Part shown: in pieces, positions 36,673 through 43,484 of the stretch
Numbering within the stretch: the stretch's first letter is position 1
Layout of the letters: every line of letters starts with the position of its first letter
Assembly: GCA_023645945.1 (NCBI GenBank)
Contig: JALAIB010000035.1
Coordinates: 1 to 43,484, forward strand
Direction: 5' to 3'
DNA length: 43,484 nt
DNA from: Diploschistes diacapsis
Taxonomy: Eukaryota
The notes under the pieces: generated by a model
What the model was told of the DNA's origin: nothing
What the model saw: the letters and a program-made list of their open reading frames with translations, nothing else
The model's database searches: none
Translations under genes and position numbers: made by a program

Positions 36673-37623
36673 ATGGCAACCAATGAAGTGACCGTGCACC
36701 CCTATGGGCCTGACGTTCCTGTCAGACTGGCGCATGAATGGACGATTCTGGGGCTTAAGCTGCAGGCTTCGAACTTTGAGAGAAATTGTGCGGATGTTGG
36801 TAGGAGGCTCTCCCAGGCCGAAGAGCAGCTCGCAGCAGTCAGGCTCGGTTACGCAACCAGCATGGATGCGAAGCGAGCAGGCGCCCTCTCATACAGCAGA
36901 TCAGAATCTGTAACGAATGATGCCGCACATGATCCATCCCAAAGCTCCATCTCCCAAGTTTCAGCAGCACGAGGCCAAGTTGAGCTCTGTGAAGAACTCT
37001 GTGCTGACGCCTTCCACACCACCACAGCAACATTAACTTCTCCTGGTCAGTCGACGCGAGACGGGTTCGAATACCTTGAAGAGCTCCTTTTTGACGCCTA
37101 CTACACCGCGACAGCCGCATCCAACACTCGAACCTCCCGCTCGCGCGTGCTCATACCTGCGGCAGACCCGATTATGGCTCCGAGCAGGGGCGAGTCGAAG
37201 CTGACACGCGAGATCAAAGGATTGGAGACGGAGCTAGCAGTACACAGCAGGAAATGGGTCAGAAAGCGCGAGGAAGTCCACTTTGAGCGAAATAAGCTGT
37301 TCAAGCATGTAAAAAGGGCCCTCCAGGGGCGAGCGGACAGGAAGCAAAGGATGGAAGCCGATGGCGTCGTGTGGACTGCGGAGGAAACGAGGTATTTACA
37401 AGAAAGTGATCGAGCTTTCGCGAACTTTGGGGGTGAAATGTACCCTCACCTGTGGGAGAAAGAGCCGAGCGTGCCCTATGGCGTAGCAGACTTGAGTCGG
37501 ACTCTGAGGGCGATGGACATCGAGGAAGGGTCGGGGGGGTGGAAGGAGGAAGCGGTGATGGATGAGCCGGATAGTGAGGAAGATGAGGAAGATGAGGTCG
37601 AGATTATCATACTACCTCGTTAG
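36673..37623 (+). CDS. Hypothetical intronless protein, ~316 aa, with an acidic C-terminus
   Basis: Long open frame from ATG 36673 (MATNEVTV...). It has helical/charged segments and an EEDEEDE tail. No family is recognised. Confidence 0.6.
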   Translation: MATNEVTVHPYGPDVPVRLAHEWTILGLKLQASNFERNCADVGRRLSQAEEQLAAVRLGYATSMDAKRAGALSYSRSESVTNDAAHDPSQSSISQVSAARGQVELCEELCADAFHTTTATLTSPGQSTRDGFEYLEELLFDAYYTATAASNTRTSRSRVLIPAADPIMAPSRGESKLTREIKGLETELAVHSRKWVRKREEVHFERNKLFKHVKRALQGRADRKQRMEADGVVWTAEETRYLQESDRAFANFGGEMYPHLWEKEPSVPYGVADLSRTLRAMDIEEGSGGWKEEAVMDEPDSEEDEEDEVEIIILPR

Positions 37624-39075
37624 GTAATTAGAGTAAATTACAAAAGACCGAGATATGGAGCTATTCCATACGTTGCGGGCGAGATATTGCATGGAAGTAC
37701 TTCGTACAAGTACTACGGAGATGAGGCTTGAGGGGCTCTGAGCGGTATGGAACACATGTGGTCCTTATCTCGTACTTCGTCCACATGCGTATTCGAGAAC
37801 ATGTTTCCATCTCCTAGATGAGTGGTAGGTTTCCGCAGTTGGCCTGATGAACATTGCTGCCCTTGATGGCATGGAAAGAAGGCATAGAGGTGATTTAATA
37901 TTATAACAGCCATCTGCCAAAGACCCTTTCACAAAACCCATACTACCAGGTAATACCAATATCAACTGGTGAAAGAGGTAGTTTTGCGGTGCAAGTAATT
38001 AGGGAGATAACGGAGATAGGGGCAGACAGTTTACGGTAACGGAATAGTCACATAAGCCAAGCCACACAAGTCAAGCCACATCACAAGGTTTTTCCAGTCT
38101 TGGGGGCTTTTGCTTAGCTCCGTAGAAACGGCCCAATTACACACACCAGCTTCTTCAAAGAAGGAGATGCATTCCCTTGATGGGCAGATTGGCGAAGAAC
38201 AGGCATTACTTGGTGCAACACTTGGCAAGCCAACCATGCTCGTTGCAGTAGCAGTAGGTATAGTAGGGCAGACTGCAACCCTATCTTATAATAATGTGAG
38301 TAGGTCGGAGACCACAACCTAGAGCGGCCAATTTCCTACTAGTTAACTTAACTTAGTACTACATGGTCTTACTAATACCAACCTCTTATGTTGCAGTTCC
38401 CGTAGCCTTGTGCAAATTTCTTCAGAAGACATATCCTTTCTTATTTTCTCCTGTCACGAACGAACGAACGGACGATATTCCTTGAACTGCAAGAGAACAC
38501 GCTTAAGGCACACACACGCACCCGCTTTCAATGCTCTTCGCCCCGTTGCAACCGCCCGTCGACCTTCTACCTTCTACCTCTTTCTCCAGGCTCCGCCACA
38601 AAACGCTCGATTCAGACGTCTTCCTACAAAGCCTTGGGCACGAACAGAGCCTCATGCGAACTACGTGCATAGTACTGCCTGCTGCATCGTTCTTACCTTG
38701 ATCCTGGTGATCAGTCATCTCCTATTTTGAAAGCGACTTGATTCTCTTAACCAACCTTGGTTCCCGAAAAGGTTCCCGAAAAGGTTCTATATCTTCGTCA
38801 TTTGTACTTTCGTTTGCTTGGCACAGACACGCGACCATTTGCCTTTCCGAGACATAACAAAACAAACGTCTTGCCTCTTACGAACGGCACTGAAACCAAT
38901 ATCGTTGCCCTTGGAAAGTTTGCTTATCACTGTTTTCTTACCGATACTGGTCCCGGCCGCCCAGCGCATTACTACTTGGCCTCTTCTCAACGACAACACC
39001 CTTCACCCTGCTATGACTGCATGACGGTAGCGAGAATCCACATATCGAACTCTCTACTACCTTATCCCCGGATCA

Positions 39076-40284
39076 ATGGTGACGAGAACGCTGGCCTGGG
39101 CATGGCTGGCGCTGTTGGCCTGCTTATTTCCGTGGCCTGGAGTATCCGCAGATGCCGACTTTGAAAGTGTGAGAGTTAGCATGACCAGGGATTACAGCGG
39201 AAAGCCGGGCGATCCTTCGCAAAAATATTTCCGTAAGTGCAATATCTAGTCCGTCCCCCATATTTAGCTGACCTTTGTTCAGATGAGTCGGTGTAAGTGG
39301 TGCATATCCCTGGAGTGCCCCAGGTAAAGCTAATTCGAATCTCAAGTTTCCATCCCCATTACGACGGAAGGTGTGTTATTCTGCACGCCGCGCTGTATCA
39401 TACTAACAGCCTCCAGGTTCACGGACAGAGTGCTCAAGGAGAACGAACGCAGACCGCACCTCCTTACAATGGTGCAGGCCTATCTTTCCGCGATGGCAGA
39501 CCTCGGCGCCGAGACGTGGCTGATGCACGGAACCCTGATGGGATGGTGGTGGAATGGCAAGGTATGGCCGTCTCGGAAGCTCTCGACCTTGGCTCACGTT
39601 CTCTAGATTCTTCCTTGGGACTCGGACATTGACGTGCAGGTCACGGTCGATACACTTTCGTTTTTGTACAACTATTACCAGCTTTATGTTTTTCACTGGA
39701 CCAATCCAGAGTTTCCCGAAGGGAAAGACTATATGCTCGAAGTTAACCCAAACTACCTGTTTATGGACGAGTTCGACTATCTTAACGGCATCGATGCGCG
39801 TTGGATCGACATGCATACCGGTATCTTTATTGATATCACCGCTGTTCGGGTCAACGAAACCGCCAAAGCCCTGGGTGAGACGGACTTGATGTGCAAAGAC
39901 AGTCACAAGTACAACGTAAGGCAGTCAAGGCCCTTCGAGCGAATTGATTGCTAATTAGCACAAGTCATCCGATATTTTCCCGCTTCGCGATAGTTTCTTT
40001 GAGGGTGTCCCTGCCAAGATTCCCTTCGAGTACATCTGGGTTCTGGAAGAAGAATACACGAAAGAATCCCTCACCAGGACCGAGTGGGAAAGGTGCTTTC
40101 CCTCATCACATACTCGAAGAAAATCCGCTGACTCTGTCCCAGGCATGTTTTCAACGAGACTAGCTTGGAATGGGAGCCAGTGAAGTCAGTAACCCCCGAG
40201 TTCATGCGCGGTCTGCTGCGGCGAGGCCATGATGTGGCAGCGCAGGCGCTCAGATTCGCCAATATTCACATAGAAGAACATTGA
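39076..40284 (+). CDS. LicD/fukutin-family (Mnn4-like) phosphotransferase, secretory pathway, ~304 aa (alternative end at 40488)
   Basis: Exons 39076-39232, 39283-39292, 39347-39370, 39417-39561, 39607-39915, 39965-40092, 40143-40284. Signal peptide MVTRTLAWAWLALLACLFPWPGVSA and motifs KYFHES..HYDGRF, WLMHGTLMGWWWNGK|ILPWDSDIDVQ, IDARWID..TGIFIDITA, CKDSHKY, IFPLR. Confidence 0.88.
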
Positions 40285-43133
40285 AAGATCACTTCCTACC
40301 TACTTTGCAACTGGCATGAACATAAGCTAACCGCAATTAATTTTTGTAGGGGTCCACGTTACCCGTCCGGCAAACCAGGCGGCACGCCAGGATACAGGTG
40401 GTCGGGCCGCAGGAAGCAGCAGGGTACGGATCTACGAGATCGCATGCGCAGGGTCCGCGAGGGGAAATCAGCGGCTGTTACGCTGTGATACTCGGATGGC
40501 GGTGTGCAAACTGCACGAACAAACACGACAGCGACTGGCCAGCAGGGGGCCGCGGCCAACTATGTGGCCCTAGCCAGGCGTCGTAATGCTGCGTGGCGAA
40601 ACGGCATTTGGAACTCCCAGCGACCTGCCACACGAATGGACGATCTAGGGATCCGCATTGTTCCCTCTTGGGCAGGCTTTCGAGTGCCAGACGAAGTCTG
40701 AAATAAGAAGCATAGCCAGGCTTGGCTTGGCCGTTCCACGGCACAAGCTGCAGCGGGCCAATCAAGCGGTGAGAGCTCTCTACTTTATCCGGAGGGAGAA
40801 GGTGTTTCGAGCATGCCAACGCTTTGCACGGTAAGGTGAGGAAGCGGGAGCACCGGCGCTTGCAGAGCGGAAATATTGGTACTGAGGCGATTACCGGAAG
40901 AGGCTTGGCACAAGTCTGACTTGGCCCAGGATCCAGAACAACGGCACCGCAACTCTGCAAAACGTGGAGAATCTTCGGTATGTTTTCATCGAGGCTACGT
41001 CTACGGTTGCGACAGCGGGAACGGGAGCATCGAAGCTGTCTCGGGATTAGCGATAGGCGAAAGAGCGAAATCGCAGCTATCAGCAGGCAAGCTTAACGCA
41101 CTGTCCCATGCAAGGCAAGCGAATGAGCGCTCAGCGGTTTTCTTCAAATCGGGCGAGCAAGCATAACCGGCAAGCTCCAGCCGAGAGGGACGCGCGTACG
41201 TCTAACAGTGGGTCCTTGGATTACGAACGTTGAAATGGGAAGTATTTGTGAGGCAGAGCGCAAGCCGCATGAAATGAACAAGAGCGGATTACGTCATCAG
41301 TGCTACCCGTTTGGTGCTCTGATGCTTGGAGTTTGTTTTCGCTTCCTCTTGTCCGTACTGCATCTGGGGAAGGTTTGCTTCTCTTGGCGGCCTATGGCTT
41401 CTTCTCAGTTTGTGAAATTCCGCGGTATGGTGTGCTTGGCCCATCACATAGTGTTTTGAGGGCGAGTATAATGCGCTGATAGCTTTTGATACCCTTTGCA
41501 CATTCTGTTCATACTTTTTGTTAATACTGCGGGCTGTTGGTACGTTGTATATTTCGAGGCCCAAGGGAGAGGGGACGGGACATATTCTGTATAGAAAACT
41601 TGGCGATATCTATGGACCGAAATCTGCACATATCCAAAGTTAATGGACTCTTTCTTACATACAAACTCGGGTACTGGATTCAAATTCTCACGAAAGGCAA
41701 ACCGTGTTGTATGCTGATTACTTTAACGTCCACAAAATAGTTATTCATCACTTGCATGCGCCAGCGCCCGAGCATAAGCCCCCCCAACGCCAACATTACT
41801 TGGTATGTGTATCGATTAATGGGCCGTTTAATCGGTTAATCTGTCCAAACGTGGGTTGAAGGGGGCTTGGTTGCTTCCGATTGTGGTTAAAGTTGCGAGC
41901 TTCTTCCGGATACATGTATAAATACATACATATTTGAATATTAATCGTCATTCGTTGGGGCATTAAATCAACTAACGATTTAACGCTTCTCGTTTAATCG
42001 ATTCTATTAATCGTCCCAAAAACATGGCCCTCAACAACGCCTCCCCCTTCCTCCTTCGAGCTTTTTTGCTTTACAACAACTCGCCCGGGCAAAAAGACCT
42101 AAACTCAAGCTCAACTTTTCCCCCTCCTTCCCCCCACGATTTCCTCCCCCGCTTGCTTCGGGTGGCCGGTAGTAAGGGGATAAGATAAAGCCTGCCGCCC
42201 GATCCAGCATGGCGAAGCTTATTGTACTTTTTAGCGCACCGCTGTTTTTGCGTAGGGTAATGGTACGTTCTGGGCAGTGGAGATGAGGTGAGAAAAAAAA
42301 TGAGATTATTAATCGATTTGTGCGGCGCCGGGGGATAATAATATTAGTAGTTGAGGAGTTGGGGTGGTGTTGTTGGTTGCCGTTGTAGACTGCAGTCGTT
42401 CTCCGGTGGGTTCGGGGATCGGATCGGAGCGGATCCCGGATAAGATGGGGGGGGGGGGGGCTGGTAATTCTGGAGAAGACAGTACTTTTGTACAACGTTG
42501 CGAGCGTCTGAGCGGGCGTCGTGAAGGGGGGACGTCGAATTAGATGGAAGGATGTATGTACAGTATACTGTATACGTACAAAGATCGAGGGTCCCTTGTC
42601 GCCAAGGTATTAATGCGATATCTGTACTTGGCAAAAATCTCGCTGCAGTCACCGTTGGTCAACTGGTTAGGGACATGTTCTTATTGCAAAGCCGAACTCG
42701 AGATAGTAATGTAGTCTCCAGTATTGATCGCATTTCTGCTGTCGGCAGTAGTGCCAAAGCAGAAGAACTCACGCTACTTCTCTAGGATACTTTCGACGAG
42801 GTGCATATGTATAGTTTACGGTGTTACTACCTACCGACGCTTCTGCTGCCGAAAGATGTTTAATGGATTAGCCAATTAGAAGCTCAGCGCACCAGAGCTT
42901 GATGTTAGTCAGCTATCGATAAAGCCAACTTCGAAAAGCTATTCCAAACCGCTTACATTATTCTAGACTCACATCATAGCTGATCCTACTCAAAGTCCTG
43001 AGCTTATGAACACTGAAAGACTGCAGTAACTCAATACAAGTCGCAGTGGTTATTGAACATGCCCTAAATTGTGGGCTATCCTAAGCTCGCTAGACCTCCT
43101 GCGTCCCTTATACAACAACCCGTTAAGATTACG

Positions 43134-43484
43134 ATGGATCCGCAACAGACAGCAGCCCTGAACGCACTCGAACCCTTCATCGCTCTCTCTTCCTCCGCTA
43201 CGTCGTCTCGCGCCGCAGCAGAGCTCATATCGCAAGCGGTCGGTGCGCCAAACACCTACGTCTTCGCCGAACTGCTTCAGACACCGAACATCCAAGCCCT
43301 ACGGAACGCCGAGGCCCAGCATGCTCGGTGGCTGCGGCTTCTCGAGATCTTCTGCTGGGGCACATGGGCAGACTACCAAGGTATATTGTCCAAACTCTCC
43401 CATCTTCCTCTCCCACCAAAATGTCCCAATCTCAACTACCTCCACCCCCATTTCCCACCGACAAAACCCCCACAACTAATGGCC
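43134..43484 (+). CDS. CSN7: COP9 signalosome subunit 7 (PCI domain), exon 1 (43134-43380) plus start of intron; gene continues off the window
   Basis: MDPQQTAALNALEPFIALSSSATSSRAAAELISQAVGAPNTYVFAELLQTPNIQAL...LLEIFCWGTWADY matches the CSN7 N-terminus. Donor GTATAT at 43381 and branch ACTAAT near the window end. The ORF is absent from the ORF track because no stop is reached. Confidence 0.85.
   Translation, partial: MDPQQTAALNALEPFIALSSSATSSRAAAELISQAVGAPNTYVFAELLQTPNIQALRNAEAQHARWLRLLEIFCWGTWADYQGILSKLSHLPLPPKCPNLNYLHPHFPPTKPPQLMA

Noticed and set aside
38759..38786. GGTTCCCGAAAA direct duplication upstream of the LicD gene
   Set aside because: An isolated 12-nt slippage duplication with no supporting structure.

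Overview
Eukaryotic DNA from a filamentous ascomycete (Pezizomycotina-type short GT-AG introns with CTRAC/CTAAT branch sites; the exact taxon cannot be determined). Exon structures were worked out by hand from splice signals and reading-frame continuity. From left to right: the 5' end of a RidA/YjgF-family gene (minus strand, runs off the window); a 2,179-aa, 8-exon gene; COX4; PRP8 (intein-free allele); a forkhead transcription factor; cactin; UAP1; a probably decayed locus; a small conserved membrane protein; U2AF1; an orphan ORF; a LicD-family gene with microexons; and the 5' end of CSN7. The most notable feature is the 2,179-aa gene. It joins a sacsin/NO VEIN-like GHKL ATPase and a DUF3883-like PD-(D/E)xK nuclease domain, in one reading frame, to a ~500-aa nucleoporin-like FG-repeat tail. 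The tail ends in a complete Nup98/Nup116-type GLEBS (Gle2/Rae1-binding) motif, which only becomes visible after splicing a 48-nt last exon that the ORF track misses. Family assignments come from motif recognition, not database searches.
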